From: Octopus sinensis
Lineage: Eukaryota
Length of the DNA: 64,000 bases
Direction: 5' to 3'
Assembly (NCBI RefSeq): GCF_006345805.1
Contig: NW_021831871.1
Coordinates: forward strand, 966 to 64,965
Shown: positions 1 to 12,320 of the stretch, in pieces
How the letters are laid out: each line of letters opens with the position of its first letter
Numbering within the stretch: position 1 is the first letter of the stretch
Notes under the pieces: generated by a model
Seen by the model: only the letters and a program-made list of their open reading frames with translations
Told to the model about the DNA's origin: nothing
Database searches by the model: none
Made by a program: the position numbers and the translations under genes

Positions 1-2792
1 CACCACCCAAACAAACCCTGTGGATAAATAACATCCAAACCAAAATAAAAAATGAGAAAAGATCTGTCGATTCTAATTAAATCAGTAGCGTTGATGCTAC
101 TGAGCACACAAAAAAACAAAAATACTCCAAATATAACATCACAGAAAAAAGATTTACCTGAGATAAAAGAAAAGGAAGCAAGATATCCTTGCCAAAGCAC
201 AAAGGATCCGCCGGTACGAGAACGCCAGCGCTTCTTTGAACAAAACAAAAAGTTCAAACTCCACCCCAAAATGTTCTACCACAAGACTTGGCAAAAGCAG
301 CACCAACGGCAGAAGAAGTGGAAGAATTCTGGAGAGAAATATGGTCGGCGAACGAACAACCCCCCAAAAAAGGAGTATTAAACAACAAACTCAGCATCTG
401 AGCAACTTTGGACCCCCTAACAACTGAAGAGGTCACCCGGCACTGCAAAAACTGAGCAACTGGAAGGCACCTGGAACATGACAAGATCCCCAACTTCTGG
501 TTGAAATAGCTAACAGGAATGCACAAAAAGCTGGCTGAAAACTATAACACAAAACTAGCAGAGCAGAGACAATGCCTGAATGGCTCACGAAGGGGGAAAC
601 CATCTTAATTCCCAAATCAAATGAAACAGCAAAACTAGAAAACTACAGACCAATAACCTGTCTCCCTACAATGTACAGGGCATTTACTGCAGTGATATCG
701 CAAAGGTTGAACAAACACCTTGACGAAAACAACCTGTTTCCAGAAGAGCAGAAAGGATGCCGCAAAGCTCATATGGCTGTAAAGATCAACTAATGATTAA
801 TAAAGCCATAACTGAAGACAGCCACAGAAAGAAGAAAGGCCTCAGTATGGCCTGGATCGACTACAAAAAGGCGTTTGGTAGCATCCCCCCACCATGGATC
901 CTCGAAACACTAGCCATTAACAAAGTAGCACCAACAATTATAAATTCATAGGCACTCTATGAATAAATGGCAAACATTGCTACACAGCCCAAACAAAAGA
1001 GGGACTCATGAAAACCAAAGCCATCCCCATTAGAGAGGAATATTCCAGGGAGACACGCTCTCTCCACTCCTTTTCTGCTTGGCACTGTCACCTCTATCTG
1101 ATATGCTAAATAGAACTGGATGCGGATATAAAGGTTACGGCAAAACGATCAGCCACCTTTTATATATGGATGACCTAAAACTATACGCTGCAAATGACAA
1201 ACAGCTGGAAACATATTAAAGACAGTTCATGGATTACCAAAGAAATAGATATGAAATTTGGATTAGAAAAATGCGCCAAAGTAACCATGAAAAGAGGAAA
1301 ACTAGTCAAGAGTAGCAACATCACCACTAGATAAAACCAATAAAATAAAAGAATTAGACCAAAGCCAAACTTACAAATACTTAGGAATCCAGAACTAGAT
1401 AAGACACAACACGCACAAATGAAAGAGAAAATAAAAAAGAATACTATAGACGAGTTAGATCAATACTAAAAACAGAGCTCAATGCTAACAGCAAGATAAT
1501 AGGTATTAACACTTTAGCTGTCCCAGTTATAAGTTACAGCTACATATCCTTAACTGGACACTAAATGAACTGACCAAATAGATAGGAAACAAGAAAAATA
1601 ATGACAGGTTCTAGGATGCATCACCCAAAATCTGACATAGAAAGACTATATTTACAACGTATAGAAGGTGGTAGAGGCCTTATACAGCTGGAAAACTACT
1701 ATAAAATAACCACCATAGGACTGCAAAAATATCTACTTCAGAAGGAAGGAAAACTGATACAAATAGCGGCAAAACACGAGCAAAACAAAAAACTGTTTCA
1801 GTATTTAAGGAAGCTGACAAATACAAACAAGAAATCATACCACCTAATAATATGAAGAAGAAGAAGAAGATGAGAAACAACAAAGCTATAAAACAAATGA
1901 AATCCAAAAAAAAATCACAGCAACGAACCATGATAAAACGATGGCAAGAAAAGCCCCTCATGGTAATACTGGACTAAACTAAACGCAAAAGAATAGACAA
2001 AGAAAAAATCCCAGCAATGGTTGAGAAGCTCAGGACTCAAAGCAGAGACAGAGGATATTTATTGCAGCACACAAGACCAAAGCCTCCCACCAGAAATTAC
2101 CAAAAACATGTAATGAAAAGAATATAACAGTAACTGCAGAATATGTGGAGATGGACAAGAAACAATAAATCATATTATCTCTGGCTGCCCAGTCCTGGCT
2201 AAGAAGGAATATATTCACAGACATGACAGAGTTGGGACCTACATACACTGGAAGCTATGCCAACATTATGGAATAACAACAGAAAAAAGATGGTATAGGC
2301 ACACACCAGAAAAGGTCACAGAAAACGAGAAAGCAACCATACTCTGGGATATGCCGATACACACAGATAGAGAAATTAAGGCCAACAGACCAGATACAGT
2401 TGTCAGAGATCATGAAGAAAAGAATGATTTCTAATTGATGTATCAATACCGGCAGATGACAACGTGTCTCTAAAAGAAATGGAGAAACTTTCAAAATACA
2501 AGACCTGGAAATAGACGTAACCAAATGTGGAATCTAAAAACAGAAATAATTCCTATCATAGTAGGTGCATTAGGATGATAAAAAATATTCAGACAAATAC
2601 ATAACAAAAACACCAGGACTTACAAACACATATAACATACAGAAATTGCACTACTAGGCACTGCACACATCCTACGCAGAACACTTTCCATACAATAACC
2701 ATCAGAGCATCACAAGAAATCACAGCACATACCCAAGGCACACAGAGCTGCGCTCGGTAGTGAAGTGAAAGCACGCTATAAAAATAAAACTA

Positions 2793-2796
<4 letters not shown>
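1..2796 (+). mobile_element. R4/Dong-clade non-LTR retrotransposon, family A (runs off the window start; frameshifted ORF)
   Basis: Translated fragments give YRPITCL, EEQKGC, AWIDYKKAF, FQGDTLSPLLF, YMDDLKL, GGRGL, a CRIC..ETINHIISGC zinc finger, RHD, and an RPD endonuclease-type segment. The 3' UTR ends in AAAATAAAACTACTG followed by (AAT)n. Confidence 0.93.
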
Positions 2797-2825
<29 letters not shown>

Positions 2826-2834
2826 CATAATAAT

Positions 2835-3386
2835 GATGCAGTACTAGGCAGTGGCTCTCATGGCTTCTGATCTTAACTGATTGGAAGTGTTATCATGTAC
2901 ATTGTTTTGTCTTGGTATAAAAGATGGGCTACAGCAAATATTCTGCTCAATACCACAGATTTGCTTGTCAGCTGTTTGACCGTAACCAGTTGAGCATGTC
3001 CCTTAGTGGCTGACGATATGTGCATCTCTGATCACGAGCAGAAGTAGTGGGGGAGCATCATAGCCATGTGTTGAGAGGGATTCTTTGGGGTTTGAATAAT
3101 TCACCTCTGAAAACATGGGTGGTTTTCTTTCAACATCCTTAAACAACCCTTATTCAGGGACCTTTTGAGGGGGATGGGCTACTCAACCTGAAGAAAATTC
3201 TAACTGGGCCCCATCTGCAAGGTCATGTGCTGTTTATCTTGATATGAGATCACATGTCGCGCACATATGGTTGTGATGCATGTGCCTGGTGTACCCTTAT
3301 CAGACGGGTAGTCATGATGGGTATATCGGGCTTCGTATATTTTAACACCCAGTGTCACTTGATGGCATGAACTGCTCTCTCACTTC

Positions 3387-3387
<1 letters not shown>
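2835..3387 (+). mobile_element. Non-coding ~550-bp (TAA)n-tailed repeat, element X, apparently full-length copy
   Basis: Flanked by (AAT)n on both sides. Homologous copies at 20655-21076, 22764-23167 and 23203-23473. No ORF. Confidence 0.8.
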
Positions 3388-3419
<32 letters not shown>

Positions 3420-3479
3420 TAATAATATAATAATAATATAATAATAATAATAATGAATAATAATAATAATAATATAATA

Positions 3480-3512
<33 letters not shown>

Positions 3513-3532
3513 TAATAATATAATAATAATAA

Positions 3533-5405
3533 TTGACTCACTGTCACCACTCCTCTTTTGTTATCCTTAATACCTCTCTCAAAGCTGCTCAATGACGCGC
3601 AGTACGGGTATAAAATGTTTGATAAAAATAAAATCATCTCGTTTACATGGATGATTTAAAGCTTTTTGCAAAAAATGATCAACAACTCAAGGTCTTACTA
3701 GCGATAGTCAAACAATTCAGTGACGACATCAGAATGCAATTCGGCCTCGATAAATGTGCAAAGGCTACCTTTATCAAAGGAAAAATGACAGAAACATCTA
3801 ACGTACCTTGACCAACAGAATGTCATAAAAGAAACTAGACCCAGCGGAGAGCTACAAGTACCTAGGGGTAATTGAAGGGAACGGAATAAGGCATTCAGAG
3901 ATGAAGGAAAGGATCAGGAGAGAATGCTATCGAAGAGTGAGAGCAATACTCAAGACAAGAGCTGAATGCAAGAAACAGGATCGAAGCAATCAATGCATTA
4001 GCTATACCAGTCGTGACTTACAGTTTCAATTTGTTAACTGGTCAATTACTGAAATATGTCAGGTCGACAGAAAAACAAGGAAACTGTTGACAATGCATAG
4101 AATGCACCACCCTAAGGCAGATACAGAACGACTCTATCTGCCAAGAAAAGAGGGAGGCCGTGGTCTTTTGCAACTGGCAATAACAATGAAGATTGCTACA
4201 ATTGGCCTAGACACCCTACCTGAAAAACTCTGAGGACTGGATGTTAAACTTGTCTCAAACATGAAACAAGAAAGCATCATACTCAGTCACAAAACAGGCA
4301 AAGGAATATCTAAGTGAATTCCGAATACAACCATTTCGGAATTAGAGATAGACATACGAGAAACAAGCACAGAAAAAGCTAGGGCGCATGAAAACCCGTG
4401 CCAAAACTGCGGCCTTAGATATTCTGAATAATAAATGGCAGAAAAACCTCTCTATGGCAAATACCCAAAGAGAGCGAATAATGCAGATATCGACAAAAGC
4501 CCTGACCATCAATGGCTAATGGCCTCTGGCTTAAATCTGAACAGAGGGTTTATCATAGCACTCAAGATCAATGCCTACCAACAAGAAACTACCAGGCCAA
4601 CATATTAAAGATCAGAAGCAGTCCAACGTGTCGTGTATGCAAGCAACAAAATGAAACCATTGACCATGTGGTCTCCAAGTGCAGTCTTCTAGCGCCTACA
4701 GAGTATCTCAACAGGCACGATAGAGCTGCCACAATATATTCACTGGGTAATCTGTAAAAACCTGGATTTGCCCCATGAAAAAAACTGGTGGGAACACAAA
4801 CCACCCCCAGTGCTTGAAAATGACCACATCTCACTCCTCTGGAACTTCACCATTCAAACTGACAGGAAGATAGATGCAAATAGGCCAGACATCATATTGA
4901 AAGACTTCAAACAAAGAACATGCCTCCTCATTGATATGACTGTCCCAATCGATATAAACGTATCTGTCAGGACCTACCAAAAACTGAGCAATATAAAGAT
5001 CTTGAAATAGAAATCAGCAAAATGTGGAAGCTGAGACTAAAACATACCTGTTTGTCATAGGTGCCCTGGGATGATAGCAAAAGGGCTGATAGCTACCTAA
5101 CTCAGATACCAGGAACCCAAAAATGGCAGAAGTTCAAAAGATAGTGCTCATGGGAACTGCTCATATCCTACGCAAAATACTCTCTATGTAACCTCAAGGT
5201 TTAAAACAACCATATTTTCGGTTAAAAAAAAAAAAAAAAAAAACTTTTTTTTTTTTAGACATTCATTAGTACAACATCCCCACCCCCCCCCCAAATATAT
5301 GGCACACTAGCATAACAACAACATAACTTCCAACCCTGTTGTCTCTTGAGGTCTCTGGTGAGACTTGGAGCCAACTTGTACAATATAAAAGCAAAAGTCA
5401 AACAA

Positions 5406-5407
<2 letters not shown>
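3533..5407 (+). mobile_element. R4/Dong-clade LINE, family B, 5'-truncated copy
   Basis: Starts at GACTCACTGTCACCACTC (RT DSLSP motif). Contains YMDDLK, GGRGL, CRVCKQQNETIDHVVSKC and RPDIILKD..LLIDMTVP. Near-identical to 25222-27102. Bounded by (AAT)n. Confidence 0.93.
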
Positions 5408-5477
<70 letters not shown>

Positions 5478-5478
<1 letters not shown>

Positions 5479-5750
5479 TGAATTACAGAGACTATGGAAA
5501 GTACGGGTAAAATGTATCACAGTAGTTATAGGTGCATTGGGAACTATATCTAAATATCTGAACAAATGGATAGAAGAAATAGGCATAAAACCCAATTTAA
5601 TACAGCACCAGAAAACAGTGTTATTAGGGATAGGTAGGAAACTTAGCGGCGTTCTTGGCATCTAAGGTTACTTGTTGTAGTCCGATGTTAGGATTTTTTT
5701 TCTTTTCCAACAGTGTAATCCGTTGAGTGTATATGGAAACAAAAAAAAAA
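5478..5750 (+). mobile_element. R4/Dong-clade LINE, family C, 3' fragment
   Basis: ELQRLWKVRVKCITVVIGALGTIS...QKTVLLG..VLGI* is the characteristic C-terminus. Directly follows an (AAT)n tract. Confidence 0.8.
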
Positions 5751-6284
5751 TGATGATGATGATTTGAAGAAGAGAATCAGTACCATCCAATCAGAGACCA
5801 CTGAATATATGTAATTTTTCAGAATGCACTAAATAACTGTCTACTATTATCAACTACATAAGGAGTGGTATGACAAAGTCGGAGGGCTTCGTTCAATGTT
5901 ATACCAGAGTTATGAAATACCCGCACAAAATGATGATATGTACATATACACAATTTTCTGAGAAAATCACACTCTCAACAAAGATCGTAAGAAAACCCTG
6001 TCAACCCGAAAATATTCGAATCGTTTAAAATTTTACAAAAACAGAAATACTACGAATTTTTGAGGAAACCATAATTCTCAGTTAGTTAGCTAGCAAGATC
6101 AGTAACTGATAATTCTTGGTCTTTGCTCTCTTTTCCTTGAAATACATCAGTGCGAATCGTAAATAACGCCCTCAGTCAAACGGCGAACCTGTTATTTCTT
6201 CAGGTTCCATGGATTACATTCAGAACAGCTCGTATAAAACAAACCAACTACAAAAGTGGAAACAAAAGTAATGCTTTCTAATTT

Positions 6285-7318
6285 AGGCACAAGTCGAGTA
6301 ATTTTAAGGTGAAGAGGTTAGTTAGTTAATACCACTGACTCTAGTGATTGAGTGGTACTTTAATTTATTGACTTCGGTTAGATTTGAACATATTTTAGAA
6401 TGCAGCACGAAAGTTTCTGAACAACTACTAGAAAACACTTCGACTCCCTAACGATTCTGAAAAATTGAACCCGAAAGGCTGAAAGGCGAAGTTGATATCG
6501 GCAGTAATTGAATTCGGAGCGTAAACAATCGAAAGGCATTTTTTCTGACTCAAATATTCCCGTCATTCCACTGCCCTAATTGTCCTTTCTGCAATAGGCA
6601 CAAGGCCTGAAATTTTGAGGGAGGGGTAAGTCGATTACTTAGACCCCAGTGCTGGACTGGTACTTATATCATCGACCACAAAATAAGGCAAATAAGGCTG
6701 ACTCGACCTCGTCGGAATTTCAACTCAGAACATAAAGACAGAAGAAATTTCGTACGGTGTGCCAACGATTCTTTTATATTATAGGCACAAAGCCTGATAT
6801 TTTGGGAGAGGGGGATAGTCGATTACATCGACCCCAGTACGCAACTGGTACTTAATTTATCGACCCCGAAAGGATGAAAGGTAAAGTCGATCTCGACACA
6901 ATTCGAACTCAGATCGTAGCGACGGGCGAAATATCGCTAAGTACTTTTTCCAACGTGCTTACAATTCTGCCAGCCCGATGCCTTAATCCATCGCTAAAAA
7001 TGCACACACTGTAGCGAGGGTATTATATCGTTTCAGTTGTCCAGTGGATCGATCCACAACACAATCAGTCTCACAGGCACACGCGTGCCTAATTTCACAA
7101 TTCTTTACTACTCAAGGCACAAGGTCCGAAATTTTGGGGGAGGCGCAGGTCGATTAGATCGAACCCAGTACGCAACTGGTACTTAATTTATCGACCCCGA
7201 AAGGATGAAAGTCAAAGTCAACCTCGGCGGAATTTGAATTCAGAGCTTAAAAACAGACGAAATGCTGCTGAGCATTTTGTCCAGCGTGCTAACGTTTCTG
7301 CTACCTCACCCCCTTCGC
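6285..7318 (-). mobile_element. Cluster of about 4 tRNA-headed SINE copies (family S1)
   Basis: Repeated GGCACAAGGCCTGAAATTTT..GTCGATTACATCGACCCCAGT..TTTATCGACCCCGAAAGGATGAAAGG..GAATTTGAACTCAG blocks. The reverse complement carries a B box, GAGTTCAAATTCC. Confidence 0.8.
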
Positions 7319-8079
7319 CTAATTTCACAATGAGAGCAAATACTTACCAACATGAATCTAAATGCTTACTTTTTCAAAATGTACATGGTTCGGAAGCTTG
7401 TACCATTATGTAAATGAACTGTGTTTAATTTAAATCTGAAGCCCCATGCTTAATTCAAATTTGAACAAGCATCCTTCCTCTAGTGTCATTGGCAGTTCGG
7501 TGGGAAAAGAGAGACAAGTTTTGAAGATTAAGCAGAGAAAGTAGTCACTTCCGGTCTAATCACAAGCTTCTAAAAAGACAATCGTGGGATCAACGAAACT
7601 AAATAGATAGTTTATATCATCTTCATCTAACGTTCCCTTTTTATACTGGCATGGATAGGACTTTTCGACAGGAATCAATGGAAAAGAGCGGCAATGTTTC
7701 ATTTTTTTTACTTAGTCTCTACGACTGTGCACTAAAAAGTTATGGAAGATTATAATATAGATGATAAAACGGAACCATTAGTATCAAATAGACCACGGAT
7801 TACAATTAAGGATCATAAGGAGAATTTTTAAATAGATACAATGGTTAGATTAAATATTATGAAATTATTAACAATAAAAAATAAATACTGGATATACGTC
7901 AACTCATAATTTAGCTACTGTTATAGCTTCTATGAATAATAAAAAACATAGACTTATTTTACTCAAATGAAAAATGTGCTAACAATAAGTCCCCTGTAAA
8001 CTGGCTTAATATAAATGACGATAGTAATAATACTAGATATTTAATTAATAAACAAAACATTATTAATAACAATAGGAAT

Positions 8080-8350
8080 TTTGAAAGAAGCCCGTCGTAT
8101 ATATGTATATGTGTATATATGTATGTGTGCGTATATGTTTGTGTGTCTGTGTTTATCCCCCCCCCAACATGGCTCGCCAATCGATGCTGGTGTGTTTACG
8201 TCACCGTAACTTAGCGGTTCTGCGAAAGAGTCCGATAGAATAAGTACTAGGCTTACAAAGAATAAGTCCTGGGGTCGATTTGCTCGACTAAAGGCGGTGT
8301 TCCAGCACGGCCGCAGTCAAATGACTGAAACAAGTAAAAGAGTAAAGAGT
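8080..8350 (+). mobile_element. SINE family S2, 3' part
   Basis: GAAAGAAGCCCGTCG, then (TA)/(TG), then CTTAGCGGTTC...CAGTCAAATGACTGAAACAAGTAAAAGAG. Matches 10090-10492. Confidence 0.85.
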
Positions 8351-8391
8351 ATATACATACATACATACATACATTATACATATATATATAC

Positions 8392-8422
<31 letters not shown>

Positions 8423-9118
8423 CATTATATAAAAGGGCTTAGTAAAATAAATTACTTTGCCGCATACTGAACTCATTAGAAATAGTAGGTAAAAAAACTT
8501 TTTTAAAACTATTTCTAATACTTAAAGAAAACCTCTCTCATATAGTGTTTGCTCAACTCAACTCACGAAAGTATGGGGGTAAAGACATTAAAAAATCAAA
8601 TGCAAAGGTTATTTTGAACGTACGTTTCAAGATTAGTCAACTCGACATTTCTATCATCAGCTCAGAACTCCTGGTTTGGATTTGAAAACACTGAAAGTGG
8701 GAGCATACCCTTTCGGCTTCTTATCGCTTCTGAAGATCTGCTCGAAACTAACAGTGCCATCAAACTCAAATATGCAAGCGAAGAATTTCTGCTCTCCCCT
8801 TTCCACCAGCGTGGGTTAAAATCAGTAAACACTACTGCTTTTTCGGTAAAATCCGAGGCATTAAATAGAGAGAGATGAATTATAATTTCAACAATTGAGG
8901 GTAAAATTAATTAATTATTAATCAATTTCACCAAGTATTCAGTATGCAAAGGGACCATTTAAGGCGAATTCAAATTATAATTAAATAAAAGGCTTAGTAA
9001 AATAAATTACTTTGCCGCATACTTGCATTTGATTTTTAATGTCTTTACCCCCATACTTTCGTGAGTTGAGTTGAGCAAACACTATATGAGAGAGGTTTTC
9101 TTTAAGTATTAGAAATAC
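8423..9118 (-). mobile_element. Hammerhead-bearing non-coding element, family R1 (one ~560-bp unit, a short direct re-entry, and an inverted tail)
   Basis: Homologous to the unit at 42877-43430. 8989-9022 repeats the unit start, and 9023-9118 is the reverse complement of about 8510-8605. Flanked by (TA)n. Confidence 0.8.
8614..8665 (-). ncRNA. Type I hammerhead ribozyme motif, probably damaged
   Basis: Minus strand reads TGAG CTGATGA TAGAAATGTCGAGTTGACTAATCTT GAAA CGTACG TT CAAA. The core is intact, but the 3' arm of stem I lacks 2 nt relative to the 43-44 kb copies. Confidence 0.6.
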
Positions 9119-9168
9119 TTTTATATATATATATATATATTATATATATGTGTGTGTTGTGTGTGTGT

Positions 9169-9231
<63 letters not shown>

Positions 9232-9572
9232 ATTTATCTTGCCACAGTATTTTGATAAACAGTTTTGCTTCTGTATTTCACCCTCAAAACTCACGGCCCA
9301 CATACATAACTACATGCGGCGGCACGGATGTGGCAGATAGCTAAGAGGTAAAGTAACAACAATCCGGTGTAAAATAACACGTCGTTTGTTTGTAATTTGT
9401 TGTTTCTTGAACAACGATCTCTTATTTTGCAAATGCTGTAGAATTACCATTATTCCTAGCAGAAGCACGTGACCTGACGTCAACAGAATTCAATACGTCG
9501 ATGCAAGAAATTTAAACTAGACACGAATGTTTGTTTAAATTACGTTTTACTGGCTTGTTTATAATTTTCATT

Positions 9573-9610
<38 letters not shown>

Positions 9611-9732
9611 GTTATTGTTACTACTACTACTACTACTACTACCACTACTCCTACTACTACCACACTGCTCTACTACTACTATTATTATTATTATTATTGT
9701 TATTGTTATTAATTTTATTATTATTATTATTA

Positions 9733-9763
<31 letters not shown>

Positions 9764-10089
9764 CTACTACTACTACTATCATTATTATTATTGTTGTTAT
9801 TATTATTATTATTTGTTTTCTGTTAATATTTCATATATTGATTGGCTTCATTGGATGATTGCTGTTTTAGTTATTATTGTTGACTTTCTAATAGTCGGTT
9901 GTTATTTTGTTGCCATTTTGTTTATGTTGCTTTTGTTGGTGCCGCTGAAATATTGTTGCCGGTGACGTTATCATATTTTCAGTTTCCTTCGCTGTTGTGA
10001 TAGCAATTTTGCATTGCCAGCTTTATATATCTAACATTTTCTATGCATTTTGCGATGCTGTTGTTGTTATCATAGTAAGGAGTCGCATA

Positions 10090-10492
10090 GGCGCAGGAGT
10101 GGCTGTATGGTAAGTAGCTTGCTTACCAGCCACATGGTTCCAGGTTAATTCCTACAGCGTGACACCTTGGCCAAATGTCTTCTACTATAGCCTCGGGCCG
10201 ACCCAAAGCCTTGTCGGTGGATTTGGTAGACGAAAACTGAAAGAAGCCCGTTGTATGTATGTATATATATATTTCTGTGTGTGTGTATATGTTTGTGTGT
10301 CTATGTTTGTCTCCCCAGCATCGCATGACAACCGATGCTGGTGTATTTTCGTCCCCGTAACTTAGCGGTTCGGCAAAAGAGACCGATAGAATAAGTACTA
10401 GGCTTACAAAGAATAAGTCCTGGGTCGATTTACTCGACTAAAGGCGGTGCTCCAGCATGGCCACAGTCAAATGACTGAAACAAGTAAAAGAG
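10090..10492 (+). mobile_element. tRNA-headed SINE family S2 with CORE-like block and internal microsatellite, full length
   Basis: A-box-like GTGGCTGTATGGTAAG, B-box-like GGTTAATTCC, CORE-like GACACCTTGGCCAAATGTCTT, internal (TA)/(TG) tract, conserved tail. About 8 copies in the window. Confidence 0.88.
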
Positions 10493-11017
10493 TATTATTA
10501 TTGAAGTGATAGTATTGTTATTACTATTATTTATGTAATCCATTGCTTATTGCAATATCATTGTTATTATTACAGCTATATTGTTGTGGTAAATGTGTCG
10601 TTACGGTTATTTATATGATATTTAGTGTTTGTGGAGATATCATTGTTGACCTTATCTCTCTATGTGATAACCGCTGGTATAAAAATTGGTTGGTACGGAT
10701 TGGCTGATTTCTCAAGTCACGCTTTACACCTTATCACAGGCGGGTGAGAGGGGATAAAGGATGACCCATTCAACCGAAAGTAAAGACAAAACGAAATAAA
10801 AACAAAACAAAGACAAAGACAAATAATTGGAAGCAACAGGTGACAGGGTAGCATTGCATGTAAGCATTAAATGCCAGAGGTGGGAAAACTTGATATTGTT
10901 TTATCGAGTAAATCGATATTGTTGTACAAACACACATGGACATATATACACACCCGCAAGCGCGCATAAATAAACACACAATCTCGCATAAATATTTATA
11001 AACGTGAATATGTATAT

Positions 11018-11053
<36 letters not shown>

Positions 11054-11054
<1 letters not shown>

Positions 11055-11217
11055 GGGGAGAGTTTAGGAAAAAAAACCAAAAGACGAAGACAGGTGGTGT
11101 ACAAAACAAACAGATGTATTAGTATGACGCTCAGGAATAGAAAAAGGCTTTTACGTTTCGAGCCTACGCTCTTCTACAGAAAGGGACACAGAAAAAACAA
11201 GGAGAGAAACAACGAGA

Positions 11218-11220
<3 letters not shown>
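11054..11220 (-). mobile_element. Short (TA)n-embedded element, family R2, with a hammerhead-like motif
   Basis: Bounded on both sides by (TA)n. Related copies at 14905-15035 and 34862-34941. Confidence 0.7.
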
Positions 11221-11312
<92 letters not shown>

Positions 11313-11393
11313 TAAATAATAAGGGTAGAGATTGATATTAATCGATTAAAACCAGTGACTTAGCATATTTAAAAAATCCGAAGATTAAAAATT

Positions 11394-11588
11394 GTGTTAC
11401 GTACAAAATTAAGAGGAATGACCAATAAAGTAGACACCTAATATGCTAAACATAGACGCCGAATAGCCATTACATCAAAACGCCAAAACGCGACTTTGGC
11501 GTTTTGTTGAAAATGCGATTTGACGTCTATGTTTAGCATATTAGGTGTCCACCTTAGTGGTCATTCCTCTTAATTTTGTATGTAACAC
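11394..11588. repeat. Imperfect ~195-bp hairpin (foldback) near (TA)n
   Basis: GTGTTACGTACAAAATTAAGAGGAATGACCA..ACACCTAATATGCTAAACATAGACG is mirrored by CGTCTATGTTTAGCATATTAGGTGT..TGGTCATTCCTCTTAATTTTGTATGTAACAC. Confidence 0.85.
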
Positions 11589-11901
11589 TTACTTCAACTA
11601 GCGTGTCACTTCAACTAAGTCCTATATTTCAGCGAGGATTTAGGGTTCACGCACCCATAGCAACACATTGCATTCCGGCAACGGCTGGTAGTCGATTAAA
11701 TTGACTGTGTACTCGACTGTTACTTTTTTTTTTCGAACAAGGAATGACGACAAACAAAGTTGAAGTCGGTGTACTTTGAATTCAGAACAAGAGCCGAACC
11801 AGAACACGAATGGCATTTTGTTCTTCGCTGTATCAGAACAACTACATTAAAAATATCTATTTCTAATTTCGGCATAAGGCTAACAATTTAGAAGAGTGGG
11901 T

Positions 11902-12320
11902 GGATCTTTTCGGTTTGAACGGCAGTTTTTTCTAGCGGTGTCATGAAATTGTCACCTATAATTATGACCTTAGTATCGATCTATTGCATTTCAATCTGTT
12001 TTAGGGTTAGGGTTATGGTTAGGGGTGGGGGAGGGTATCTTTTTTCTTTAGAAATGTAAATAAACCCAATCTGTTTCTTAAACGAGGGACATATTCATAC
12101 GGCACAGAATGTTTTCACCTCAATAGACGTAACTGATTGGTTGAAATTGCAGAAATTGAAGAAAAAAAAACAACAAATATCTTACAAACTATAGAATTTT
12201 CTCAATAAAGCCAAGAGAAAAAAATGTTTTATAAACACATTCTACCAGTATACGAAGTTTAAAAGTGTTTAGTTACATGGAAATTATTTTAAAAAACTGC
12301 CGTTCAAACCGAAAAGATCC
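11902..12320. mobile_element. MITE with perfect 30-bp TIRs and an internal TTAGGG tract
   Basis: TIRs GGATCTTTTCGGTTTGAACGGCAGTTTTTT and AAAAAACTGCCGTTCAAACCGAAAAGATCC. Flanks GAGTGGGT and GAGTAAGT match at 6 of 8 positions (possible TSD). Confidence 0.88.

Noticed and set aside
12001-12024. True telomere or chromosome fusion scar
   Set aside because: Only about 4 units, and they lie inside a MITE.
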